Shown here: positions 39,935-49,090 of the stretch, piece by piece | Layout of the letters: every line of letters starts with the position of its first letter | Position numbering within the stretch: the stretch's first letter is position 1 | Origin: Candidatus Omnitrophota bacterium | GTDB lineage: Bacteria; Omnitrophota; Gorgyraeia; Zapsychrales; JANLHA01 | Assembly: GCA_029560465.1 (NCBI GenBank) | Contig: JAKQKX010000102.1 | Location: forward strand, 68,601 to 132,600 | Direction of reading: 5' to 3' | Length of the DNA stretch: 64,000 bases | Position numbers and translations under genes: made by a program | Notes under the pieces: model-generated | What the model saw: only the letters and a program-made list of their open reading frames with translations | Told to the model about the DNA's origin: nothing | The model's database searches: none

Positions 39935-41680
39935 TCAAACGCCCGGCTCATCCTTCAACGGCTCGTCAGGCGCTGTCACCCGTAAAACTTCTTCCATCGT
40001 CGTCAAGCCGGCAAAGGCTTTAGCCATCGCGTCCTCCCGCATCGTCGTCATCCCTTCCCGTCGCCCGGCCATCTTGATCTGAAGCTCCCCGGCCCGCTGT
40101 AAAATTCCCTTACGGACCGACGGCGTGAGGATCAGGACTTCCGCGATGCCAACCCGGCCGCTGTAGCCGGTCTTCAGGCAGCTCTTGCATCCCTTGCCGC
40201 GGAACAGCCGGATATCCCCTTTGAGGCCCAGCCCCACTTTTTCCGCCATCTCCTGGGACAAAACAAATTCTTCCTTGCATTTCGGGCAAATCCGCCTCAG
40301 GAGCCTCTGCCCCACAATCGCGATGACAGACGAACAGATCAAAAATGGCTCCACCCCCATATTGACCATACGCACTATCGAGCCCGCGGCCGTGGTCGTG
40401 TGCAAAGAACTTACCACGAGATGCCCGGTCAGCGCGGCCTTGACCGCGATATCCAAGGTCTCGCTTTCCCGAATTTCCCCGATCATGATCACATCGGGGT
40501 CTTGACGCAGAATAGACCGCAGGGTCGACGCGAACGTCAGGCCAACCGTGGGTTTAACATTCACTTGGTTCAACCCCGCCATCTGGTACTCCACCGGATC
40601 CTCCACCGTCACAATGTTCTTCCCGGGAGAATCAATATGCCGCAGGATCGAGTACAAAGTTGTTGTCTTCCCGCTGCCCGTAGGCCCGCACGAAAGGATC
40701 ATCCCATGCGGCTTATCCGCGCATTCTTTCAGCCGGCGCAAATCCTCCGGCTGGAACCCGAGATTATTGATATCCACAGCACCCGCGGATTTATCCAGGA
40801 CGCGCAACACGATCTTTTCCCCGAAAACCGTTGGAAGGACATTAACGCGGAAATCCACTTCCTTATTCCCGGAAAGGATCGTCCGGAACCGCCCGTCCTG
40901 AGGGATGCGCCGCTCCGAGATATCCAGGTTCGATACAACTTTAAGCCGGGAGATAATCGCCAAGTGCAGGGCTTTGGACATCTGGTCAATTTCGCGGATC
41001 ACTCCATCCACGCGGTAACGGATGCGCAGGGTTTTCTCCAGCGGTTCAATAAAAACGTCGCTGGCTTTCGCCATGACCGCCTGTTGAATGATCGTGTCCG
41101 TCAGCTTGATCAACGGGGCGTCTTGAGAGATATCTTCAACAGAAACCTTTTCCGAATCCAGGTCCTGCTCTTTGACCAGCTCCAGCTCTTCGGCGTCCCG
41201 CATGTCCTTGATGATGCTCTCCAGCGTCTCCCCGGACTCCGGCGCGTCTTGCGCGTAACAGCGCTCAATGGCCTGGGCCAACTGCGTCGAACGGGCAATG
41301 ATCGGGGTGATGCTTAAACCCGTTAACGCCTTCACATCATCAATGACAAAAATATTCAAAGGGTCGGCCATGGCGAGGGTCAGGTTCCCGCCCATCTTGG
41401 AAACCGGCATGATCTGATATTTCTCCGCCACGTCCCGCGGGATAAGCTTAACGACATTAGGATCGATTTTAAGGCGGGAAATGTCTATGGGCGGAAGGCC
41501 CAGTCCTTCGCTGAGGATATGGGTCAGATCATCTTCACTGATCAGGTTCATCCGGACCAGCACTTGGCTCAGGTCCCCGCCGGAATCCTTTTGTTCCAGC
41601 AGAGCCCTGTCCAAGTCTTCCTGTTTGAGGATATTGTCTCTTAACAGGATTTGCTGTAACCGTTCTTTTAAGGAGAACAT
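39935..41680 (-). CDS. pilB: Type IV pilus assembly ATPase (PilB/GspE), copy 2
   Basis: ASDVFIEP, PQDGR, Walker A GPTGSGKTT, EDPVE, GEIRE, SLHT, CPKC...CKSC. Confidence 0.93.
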   Translation of the reverse strand: MFSLKERLQQILLRDNILKQEDLDRALLEQKDSGGDLSQVLVRMNLISEDDLTHILSEGLGLPPIDISRLKIDPNVVKLIPRDVAEKYQIMPVSKMGGNLTLAMADPLNIFVIDDVKALTGLSITPIIARSTQLAQAIERCYAQDAPESGETLESIIKDMRDAEELELVKEQDLDSEKVSVEDISQDAPLIKLTDTIIQQAVMAKASDVFIEPLEKTLRIRYRVDGVIREIDQMSKALHLAIISRLKVVSNLDISERRIPQDGRFRTILSGNKEVDFRVNVLPTVFGEKIVLRVLDKSAGAVDINNLGFQPEDLRRLKECADKPHGMILSCGPTGSGKTTTLYSILRHIDSPGKNIVTVEDPVEYQMAGLNQVNVKPTVGLTFASTLRSILRQDPDVIMIGEIRESETLDIAVKAALTGHLVVSSLHTTTAAGSIVRMVNMGVEPFLICSSVIAIVGQRLLRRICPKCKEEFVLSQEMAEKVGLGLKGDIRLFRGKGCKSCLKTGYSGRVGIAEVLILTPSVRKGILQRAGELQIKMAGRREGMTTMREDAMAKAFAGLTTMEEVLRVTAPDEPLKDEPGV

Positions 41681-41688
41681 GACGTTCC

Positions 41689-42141
41689 TTAGGGGGTGGT
41701 GCTGCGATATTTTTTGATAGCTTCTTTAATGTCTCCAGCCGTTGAAACAAACGTCTGCACGCTGCACCCGGTCAGCATTTCAACATCTTCAACGGCGGTG
41801 CGGTTCAGGGGGTTCGCCATGGCAACGGTAAGGCTTTTTCCGATTTTATCAATGGGGATCAAGCAGTATTTCTTACAGACGGTTTCCGGGACCGCGTTAA
41901 GGACCTCTCGATCAATCTCATAATTCGACAAAGGAAGGAAAGGAAATCCGTACTGGCAGGTAAGCGCCTGGGCAATGTCTTCTTCCGTGGCGAACTTCAA
42001 CTCAACCAAGATTTCACCGATGAGCCCGCCTTTTTCGTTTTGATAGGCCATGGCCATCGCGATTTGTTCCCGGTCGAGGACCCCTTTCTCGACGAGCAGT
42101 TCACCTAGATGTTTATTGGATGTCCGTTTATAATCTTTCAT
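41689..42141 (-). CDS. Stand-alone MshEN / T2SSE N-terminal domain protein
   Basis: Tandem motifs HLGELLVEKGVL...YQ and LIGEILVEL...CQ, followed by LIP...LTVAMANP; no ATPase domain. Confidence 0.85.
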   Translation of the reverse strand: MKDYKRTSNKHLGELLVEKGVLDREQIAMAMAYQNEKGGLIGEILVELKFATEEDIAQALTCQYGFPFLPLSNYEIDREVLNAVPETVCKKYCLIPIDKIGKSLTVAMANPLNRTAVEDVEMLTGCSVQTFVSTAGDIKEAIKKYRSTTP

Positions 42142-42341
42142 ATATCAGGCCGTTATCCCTAATGATAAACACGTTGAAAACAAAATTTTTCCCTCCACCC
42201 GATTCCGGGCAAAAAGAATTTTGCCTATTATACAATATATTATCATTTTCATATATAGTTTATAATGAATTGTTTTAAAATGCCAACCCCGGCCCCGTGT
42301 CATACACCGGATTTCATGAGGGAGGACCAACAAAATCCTGG

Positions 42342-43448
42342 CTAAAAAACCGTGTGCCTTTTGCTTAAATTCAGCAAAATACCGATCATAAACAAAGAGA
42401 CCAGGAAAGATGTCCGGCCGTAGCTGACCAGCGGCAACGTGATCCCCACCACCGGGCACATGCCCAGCACCATGCCAATATTGATTAAGACCTGCAAAGA
42501 AAAGATACCGGTCATCCCGACCGCGATCTGCATGCCAAAACGATCCTTCACATGTTCGGCCACCTTCAACCCCGCGTAAATCACCACGCCGTAACACGTC
42601 ACCAGGGCCAGCGTCCCCAGCAACCCCCACTCTTCTCCGATCACGGAAAAAATAAAATCCGTGTGTCGCTCCGGGAGGAAATTCAGCTGGTTCTGAGTTC
42701 CCGACAGCCATCCTTTTCCCCATAACCGGCCCGATCCCACTGCGATCTTCGACTGGATAATCGTGTAACCCGCCCCTAACGGGTCAATATTAGGATTCAA
42801 AAAAACCAGCAGGCGGTCTTTCTGATATGGCTTAATAATATGCCAGCCAAACGGCATCATCATCAGGCAAAGCAGGAGGAATCCCAGGATATACCGGTAA
42901 CGCAGCCCGCTGGTAAACAGCATAAAAATAAAAATCCCGAAAAACAACAACGACGTTCCCAGGTCAGGCTGTTTAAAAACGAGAAGCATCGGGACCAACG
43001 TCATCAGAAGCGGGACGAACAGGTCGTGCCAGAGCACCCCCAAGGAGCTGCGGGGACGGGCAGACAGGGAGGAACGCCGGTCGCTGAAATACCGGCCCAA
43101 CCCGAATATTAAAGTCAACTTCGCCACTTCCGAGGGCTGAAAACTGATCCCGGCGATGCTAAACCACCTCTGGGCTCCCAGCGCGTGCCGTCCGCTCACC
43201 AGGACAAGGATCAACAAAATCACGCTGCCGCCATAAAAGAAGTAGGCCAGGTCATAAAATTTCCGATAATCCAAATTACTGAGATAAAGCAGAAGAAAAA
43301 GGCCGACCACGGAAAAAATTACCTGGTCATAAAATATTTTATGGGACACCCTCACATTGTGATAAGACGCGCTGTACAAGGCCACCAGGCCTATCGCGAT
43401 CACCGCAAAGGTAAAAATTAAAATCACCACGCCCATATCTCTACGCAT
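42342..43448 (-). CDS. rodA: Rod shape-determining SEDS glycosyltransferase RodA
   Basis: GAQRW, FQPSE, QPDLGT, GYxxxQS, LPERHTDFIF and LPLVSYG. Confidence 0.96.
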   Translation of the reverse strand: MRRDMGVVILIFTFAVIAIGLVALYSASYHNVRVSHKIFYDQVIFSVVGLFLLLYLSNLDYRKFYDLAYFFYGGSVILLILVLVSGRHALGAQRWFSIAGISFQPSEVAKLTLIFGLGRYFSDRRSSLSARPRSSLGVLWHDLFVPLLMTLVPMLLVFKQPDLGTSLLFFGIFIFMLFTSGLRYRYILGFLLLCLMMMPFGWHIIKPYQKDRLLVFLNPNIDPLGAGYTIIQSKIAVGSGRLWGKGWLSGTQNQLNFLPERHTDFIFSVIGEEWGLLGTLALVTCYGVVIYAGLKVAEHVKDRFGMQIAVGMTGIFSLQVLINIGMVLGMCPVVGITLPLVSYGRTSFLVSLFMIGILLNLSKRHTVF

Positions 43449-43480
43449 AACACCTCTTCCTCCTCAAACAGGAAAACCTG

Positions 43481-45196
43481 TCACAAAATATCCTCGATTC
43501 TAAGGCGCTGAAACAATTCCCGCGTTAACACAACCGCGTTATAACTCGACCCGCCATATTCGAGGAACACGCAGAAAGAAACCCGTTTCTTTCCTTCAAG
43601 GCTGTATCCCGCGAACCACGCGTGCTCGTCCTTGCCGGGAACGGATTGCGCGGTCCCTGTCTTCCCGAATATCTTGAATCCCGGCATATCCAGGAGCCGG
43701 GCCGTCCCGTGCGGGTCTTTGACAGCCCCTTTTAACCCCTCCTGAACGATGGTAAAAATCTCCGGGGCAAGGTTCACCAGCCGGACCGTTGAAAACTGAA
43801 CAATATCCTGCTCACCAATCTTTTTGATCAAAAACGGCTGCACCTCTTTCCCGGAGCGGCCCACGGTCGCAGTCATCCTGGCGACCTGCAGCGGGGTCGC
43901 CAGCACTTCCCCCTGCCCGATAGAGTAATTCAAAGTATCCCCTTTATACCAGCCGGTCGGGTTCCTGATCCTCCTCAAACGGCGGCTGGGGAGGAACCCT
44001 CTTTCTTCGGCCGGCAAATCCACATGCGTCACCTCTCCCAGGCCGAGGAGCCTGGCATATTTATACATCTGGTCCGGGCCGATTAACAACCCTGTGTTAA
44101 AAAAATACACGTTACAGGAATGTGCAATCGCTTCAATAAGATTCTGGGCGTTATGCACGTGCGCGCACCGGAACTGCCGCTTCCCCAGAGTATAATAACC
44201 CGGACAGTTAAACGTCGTATGCCTGGAAATTCTTTTATTCGCCAAAGCGGCCACGGTCAGGATGATTTTAAAAACTGACCCCGGGGGGTACTGGCCCTGA
44301 ATAGCCCGGTTTAACAACGGAGCGTCCGGGCTGGAATACGCGAAACTGATTTGCCCCTGCAAACGATGATCCACAAAGATATTCGGGTCATACGTCGGGG
44401 AACTGACCATCCCAAGTATTTCTCCGCTGTCGAAATCCAGAATAACAATCGCGCCCTTGCGGTTCCCCAGAGCTTCTTGGGCGATCTGCTGGATGCGGGC
44501 GTCGATGGTCAAATGCACGTCTTCCCCGCTTTCCGCGTCCCGCATGCTCAGTAACCGCACCTGCTGGCCGCGGCTATTCACCTCAATCTGAAGCCCACCC
44601 TCTTTCCCTTTCAGGTAATGGTCATAATACTCTTCAATCCCAGAATAACCGACAATGCTCAACGGGGTGTAGCCGTAATCTTTCAACTTCTCCATCTTGG
44701 TTCGGTTAATCTTCCCCACCTGGCCAATAAGGTGAGCCCCGATGCTGCCCATGGGATAATACCGGCGGGAATGCTCCTGCACATAAAGGCCCGGGAACCG
44801 GAATTTATTTTCCTCAAGGATCATGGCCACTTTCTTATCCACATCTTCAGCGACGACAACCGGGGCAAAAGGCGCATGTTTTTTCTGGGAATACTGCTGA
44901 AATAATTTGGATTTCTTAACATTCAACACCTGGCTCAAATAGTGAAACACCTGGTCATTTTCTTTAATGTCCTGCGGAATCATCGCCACATTAAAAGACA
45001 GCCGGTTATCGGCCAGGACAACGCCGTTGCGGTCCAGGATACGGCCGCGGATCCCATCCAGCGGGATAACCCGGATCCTGTTGTTAACGCTCTGGTGGTA
45101 ATAAAAACTCCCCCGGATGCCCTGGGTATAAACCAAGTCAGCGGCGAGACACAAAAGTCCCAAAATAATGATTACGCGAATAATCTTAATGCGCAT
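43481..45196 (-). CDS. mrdA: Penicillin-binding protein 2
   Basis: RGRILDRNG, PGSVFK (SxxK), SCN and KTGT. Confidence 0.96.
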   Translation of the reverse strand: MRIKIIRVIIILGLLCLAADLVYTQGIRGSFYYHQSVNNRIRVIPLDGIRGRILDRNGVVLADNRLSFNVAMIPQDIKENDQVFHYLSQVLNVKKSKLFQQYSQKKHAPFAPVVVAEDVDKKVAMILEENKFRFPGLYVQEHSRRYYPMGSIGAHLIGQVGKINRTKMEKLKDYGYTPLSIVGYSGIEEYYDHYLKGKEGGLQIEVNSRGQQVRLLSMRDAESGEDVHLTIDARIQQIAQEALGNRKGAIVILDFDSGEILGMVSSPTYDPNIFVDHRLQGQISFAYSSPDAPLLNRAIQGQYPPGSVFKIILTVAALANKRISRHTTFNCPGYYTLGKRQFRCAHVHNAQNLIEAIAHSCNVYFFNTGLLIGPDQMYKYARLLGLGEVTHVDLPAEERGFLPSRRLRRIRNPTGWYKGDTLNYSIGQGEVLATPLQVARMTATVGRSGKEVQPFLIKKIGEQDIVQFSTVRLVNLAPEIFTIVQEGLKGAVKDPHGTARLLDMPGFKIFGKTGTAQSVPGKDEHAWFAGYSLEGKKRVSFCVFLEYGGSSYNAVVLTRELFQRLRIEDIL

Positions 45197-45657
45197 TGCC
45201 GGTATTTTTTAAAGGCTACTGGGGCGATGAGTGTGGTCAGACCGACTTCCGGAACAAGGATATATAAAAAAACCGATGGAAAGGCCAACGACGTAAACAT
45301 CAGCTGGATGATCCAATACGTTGTCACATAGCCGATCGTCACGATAAAAACCAGCAGTATCCGGGATGCCATCACTCCCGGCTGATAGATATACATCTTC
45401 ATCAGTGTCGTAAAAAAAACCGCGATGATGAACGCAAACGTATACAGGCCGAACGGCCCGGCGCTGAAACTGTCTTTAAACAATCCGGCCAGGATCCCGG
45501 CCACCAGGCTGTAGCGGGTGCCCCGGTAAAGGTTGAAAAAAACCACCAAAATGATCAACAAATTCGGGATATACCAGGAAGACAGGACATGGACGAGGAC
45601 ACACTCCACGACAAATGTCGCGAACACCAGCCCCAAAATAACACATAAAAGGTACAT
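45172..45657 (-). CDS. mreD: Rod shape-determining protein MreD
   Basis: Polytopic membrane protein with PNL and GLFKDSFS...FG; between mreC and mrdA. Confidence 0.88.
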   Translation of the reverse strand: MYLLCVILGLVFATFVVECVLVHVLSSWYIPNLLIILVVFFNLYRGTRYSLVAGILAGLFKDSFSAGPFGLYTFAFIIAVFFTTLMKMYIYQPGVMASRILLVFIVTIGYVTTYWIIQLMFTSLAFPSVFLYILVPEVGLTTLIAPVAFKKYRQCALRLFA

Positions 45658-45659
45658 AA

Positions 45660-46517
45660 TTACCGTGTCCGTATAATAAGGACTTCTTCCAGCTGAGAAA
45701 GCGGCACCGCCGGCTGAATAATGCAGTCCAGCGAAAGCCCGTTTTTCTTATATTCCACAGCGATCACTTCCCCGACGAATAATCCTTCGGGGAACGAAGA
45801 GCTGAGTTTTGAGGTGATGACCTGATCCCCCACTTTAACATCCGCGTTGGCGGAGAGATACCTCATCCGGCAGAGCCCCTGGAGCGTGCCGGACACAAGC
45901 CCGATTTCGCGCGACCTTTTCACCAGGCCCGCGGTGCTGAAACCGGGGTCCGTCAGGAGGATCACCTTGCTTTTTCTATCACTGACTTCCGCGACCTTCC
46001 CAACGACGCCCTGGGCGTTCACGGCCGGCATCCCCACATCCACATCATCCTGGGACCCTTTATCAATGATCACGGTTTCATTCCAGTTCGACGGATCCCG
46101 CCCCACCACGTTCGCGCCGACCGAAGAATAAACCAGGCTGCGTTTAAATTTCAACAACTTTTCCAGGCGATTATTTTCCCGGATCACTTCTTCCATCCCG
46201 ATCAGGCGGGCTTTAAGCGTATTGTAATCCTTTTGCAATTTGACATATTCCGCATATGTGCGGTGGTAAAGAAGAACCTTTTTCAGTTCAAGCAGCGGGA
46301 AAGAAATGATCCGAACCGGAAGCGACGTCCAGGAAATAAAATTAAATTTCAGGGGAGAGACCATGCGGGCTGGCAAGAAAAAAAGGACGACGACGCTCAG
46401 CGTGATCAACCCGTAAATCAACGTTTTTTTGTGGTATTTAGACACGCGCGAATTCAATAAAAAGTGTTGATTAGAAATATCCTCGGGAAGGATCAGGGGA
46501 AACCGCAGGTATGCCAC
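45660..46517 (-). CDS. mreC: Rod shape-determining protein MreC (true start may be GTG at 46445)
   Basis: TM, ENNRLEKLL coiled coil, IIDKGS, GVVGKV, GDQVITS and FPEGL. Confidence 0.94.
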   Translation of the reverse strand: MAYLRFPLILPEDISNQHFLLNSRVSKYHKKTLIYGLITLSVVVLFFLPARMVSPLKFNFISWTSLPVRIISFPLLELKKVLLYHRTYAEYVKLQKDYNTLKARLIGMEEVIRENNRLEKLLKFKRSLVYSSVGANVVGRDPSNWNETVIIDKGSQDDVDVGMPAVNAQGVVGKVAEVSDRKSKVILLTDPGFSTAGLVKRSREIGLVSGTLQGLCRMRYLSANADVKVGDQVITSKLSSSFPEGLFVGEVIAVEYKKNGLSLDCIIQPAVPLSQLEEVLIIRTR

Positions 46518-46578
46518 AGGAACACGCGCGAGGGATCAAAAAATTCTATAAATTAAGGAGTTCCCAGAACCCGGTTCG

Positions 46579-47652
46579 TTAAAAGTCCAGTTTCGTCGCG
46601 ACCACAACACGCCTGCGAAGTTTCGCGGGCATGTTGAGAACCTGCCCCGTTCCCAAGACAACGGCCGTTAGCGGGTCATCAGCAATATGGACAGGCAGTC
46701 CGGTTTCTTCGGCAATCCTTTTATCCAAGCTGCGCAGGAGAGAACCGCCGCCGGCCATAACAATTCCGCGATCAATCAAATCCGCAGCCAATTCCGGAGG
46801 CGTGTTTTCCAACGTAATTTTTGAAGCATCCACAATCGCCTGGATCGGCTCCTGAAGCGCCTCACGGATTTCTTCCGACGAAATGGAGATCGTCTTGGGC
46901 AATCCGGCAATCAGGTCACGGCCGCGCACGTCCATACTGAGTTCCTCTTCCAAAGGAAAGGCCGAACCGATGCGGATCTTAATCTCCTCCGCCGTCCTCT
47001 CCCCGACCATCAGATTGTAGGTTTTTTTCAGATATTCCGTGATGGCCTGGTCCATCTCGTCTCCGGCAATACGTATTGATTTGGAATACACCAATCCGCC
47101 AAGCGAAATCACGGCGAACTCCGTGGTCCCGCCCCCGATGTCAATAATCATGTTCCCGGCCGCCTCCTCCACAGGCAGGCCGACCCCGACCGCCGCGGCT
47201 TTCGGTTCTTCGATCAACTCAATTGAACGGGCGCTGGCCCGCTCCGCGGAATCCTTGACCGCCCGTTTCTCCACTTCCGTAATGCCGGAAGGAATCGCGA
47301 TCACCATGGCCGGCCGCACCAGGACTTGGCGTTTATGAACCTTCCGAATAAAATATTTCAACATCGCCTCTGTGATTTCGAAATCGGAAATAACCCCGTC
47401 CTTCATGGGGCGAATCGCCACGATATTGCCCGGCGTGCGGCCAAGCATCTTTTTAGCTTCATCCCCAACGGCAATAACCCGATTGGTGTCTTTTTCAATG
47501 GCGACGACTGACGGCTCGCACAGCACAACCCCTTCTCCTTTGACATAAACCAATGTCGTAGCCGTTCCCAAGTCGATCCCCATGTCATTGGAAAAAAGGC
47601 CAAGGACATAATTGATCATTCTTTGCAGATACCGGATTAACTTTAGCAACAT
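46579..47652 (-). CDS. mreB: Actin-like rod shape protein MreB
   Basis: [20 protein letters not shown] and GGGSLL; N-terminal amphipathic segment. Confidence 0.98.
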   Translation of the reverse strand: MLLKLIRYLQRMINYVLGLFSNDMGIDLGTATTLVYVKGEGVVLCEPSVVAIEKDTNRVIAVGDEAKKMLGRTPGNIVAIRPMKDGVISDFEITEAMLKYFIRKVHKRQVLVRPAMVIAIPSGITEVEKRAVKDSAERASARSIELIEEPKAAAVGVGLPVEEAAGNMIIDIGGGTTEFAVISLGGLVYSKSIRIAGDEMDQAITEYLKKTYNLMVGERTAEEIKIRIGSAFPLEEELSMDVRGRDLIAGLPKTISISSEEIREALQEPIQAIVDASKITLENTPPELAADLIDRGIVMAGGGSLLRSLDKRIAEETGLPVHIADDPLTAVVLGTGQVLNMPAKLRRRVVVATKLDF

Positions 47653-47733
47653 AGCTTTTCCTTATTTTTTATATTAATAGTATTATTTCTCGAAGAGAAA
47701 TGATGAGTAACTAGTTGCTATTTAACAGGAAAC

Positions 47734-47762
47734 ATCATATATGAAAAGAAATTCACTGTCAA
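47734..47762 (-). promoter_or_regulatory. Sigma70 promoter of the mre operon
   Basis: TTGACA-17 nt-TATGAT. Confidence 0.75.
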
Positions 47763-47800
47763 TCAATTATAAGAATATTAAGCGAACAAATCCGGGCATC

Positions 47801-49090
47801 TTACCGGCTTTTTTTTATGCTGGCCCCCACGCTCTTAAAATCCCTCACAAAACCCGGATAGGATTTGGAAACACAGCCGATATCCTGCACGGTCGCGCCA
47901 ATTTTCAAGCCTAAAACACAAAACGCCATGGCCAACCGATGGTCATGCCGAGGATCCAAAGTGATATTTTTTTTATACTGAGCCTGCGGAACAATGGTCA
48001 GCGTATCGGCTGTTTCCAAAAGCCGCGCACCGGCTTTTGATAATTCCTGCCTTAAGTCCGTGATCCTGTTGGACTCCTTAACCCTCGCATGTTTAATATC
48101 TTTTAACCGTGTCCGGCCCTGCGCGAAAAGCGCCAACACCGCCATGACAGGGACCAAATCCGGACAATCTTTCAGGGAAAAATCCCCTCCGCGCAAAACC
48201 CCCGGCGGCCGCCACGACAACGTTCGGGCCGTCAGCTGAATAGACACGCCCATCCGTTTTAAAAATTCCAAAATCTTCCCATCCGCCTGAATAAATTTCC
48301 GGTCAAAATGCCCGGCCAATTCCAAAGGCGAATCCGTCAGCAGGCCGGCGGCTATTAAAAAAGCGGCCAACCCGTAATCAGACGGGATTAAAAACCGCTT
48401 CAAACCACGGAACCGCTGCCCGCCGCAGATTAAAAATGTGCGTTCTTTCTGCTTACGGATCGTCACCCCGGCCTGGGCTAATACCAGGCGGGTCATCTCA
48501 ATATAATCCACCGAAACCATACGGCGGCCCTTGACGCTCAAGCGGGTGTCTTCGGGAAGCTGCGGGCAGGCGATGCATAACGCCGAAACAAACTGCGAAC
48601 TCACCGTGCCGTCGATATTGATCTTTCCGCCGCGGAAACACCCCCCGGACAGCGTAATCGGGACGGATTCTTTCGGCCCAACTCCCTTAAGAATCACCCC
48701 CCGGGCCCTCAAAGCTTCCGCCAGCTGTTTATTGGGACGACCCAACAAGGTCCCCTGCCCGGTCACCGTAATTCTCCGCCCCTGGGCCGCCAGAAGGGGC
48801 AATAAAAACCGCAGCACAGTGCCCGATTCCCGGACATCAACGTGCGCGGCTTTCCTCGCGACGGTCCCCCCTTGGACATCCCAGGTGTTCTCAGCGATTT
48901 TCTTAACCCGGGCCCCTAAAAAACGCGCCACCTTCAAAGCAACCCGCGCGTCATCACAATCAGACGGATGAATGATAACAGAATGCCCACCGCAAGCGGC
49001 AACAAGAAAACTTCGGATGGAATAAGACTTCGAGGCAGGGAGGAAGACACGCCCCCGCAAACAGGGCGTCTGCCGAATCAATAAATTCAT
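47801..49090 (-). CDS. aroA: 3-phosphoshikimate 1-carboxyvinyltransferase (EPSP synthase)
   Basis: SKS, ESGT..RF, SSQFVSA, PDL, RVKESNR and DHRLAM. Confidence 0.95.
   Translation of the reverse strand: MNLLIRQTPCLRGRVFLPASKSYSIRSFLVAACGGHSVIIHPSDCDDARVALKVARFLGARVKKIAENTWDVQGGTVARKAAHVDVRESGTVLRFLLPLLAAQGRRITVTGQGTLLGRPNKQLAEALRARGVILKGVGPKESVPITLSGGCFRGGKINIDGTVSSQFVSALCIACPQLPEDTRLSVKGRRMVSVDYIEMTRLVLAQAGVTIRKQKERTFLICGGQRFRGLKRFLIPSDYGLAAFLIAAGLLTDSPLELAGHFDRKFIQADGKILEFLKRMGVSIQLTARTLSWRPPGVLRGGDFSLKDCPDLVPVMAVLALFAQGRTRLKDIKHARVKESNRITDLRQELSKAGARLLETADTLTIVPQAQYKKNITLDPRHDHRLAMAFCVLGLKIGATVQDIGCVSKSYPGFVRDFKSVGASIKKSR

Noticed and set aside
42145-42723. 192-aa ORF overlapping the rodA 3' end (also 35016-35327 over the riboswitch promoter and 17951-18133 over rpmG)
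   Set aside because: Alternate-frame or antisense artefacts overlapping better-supported features
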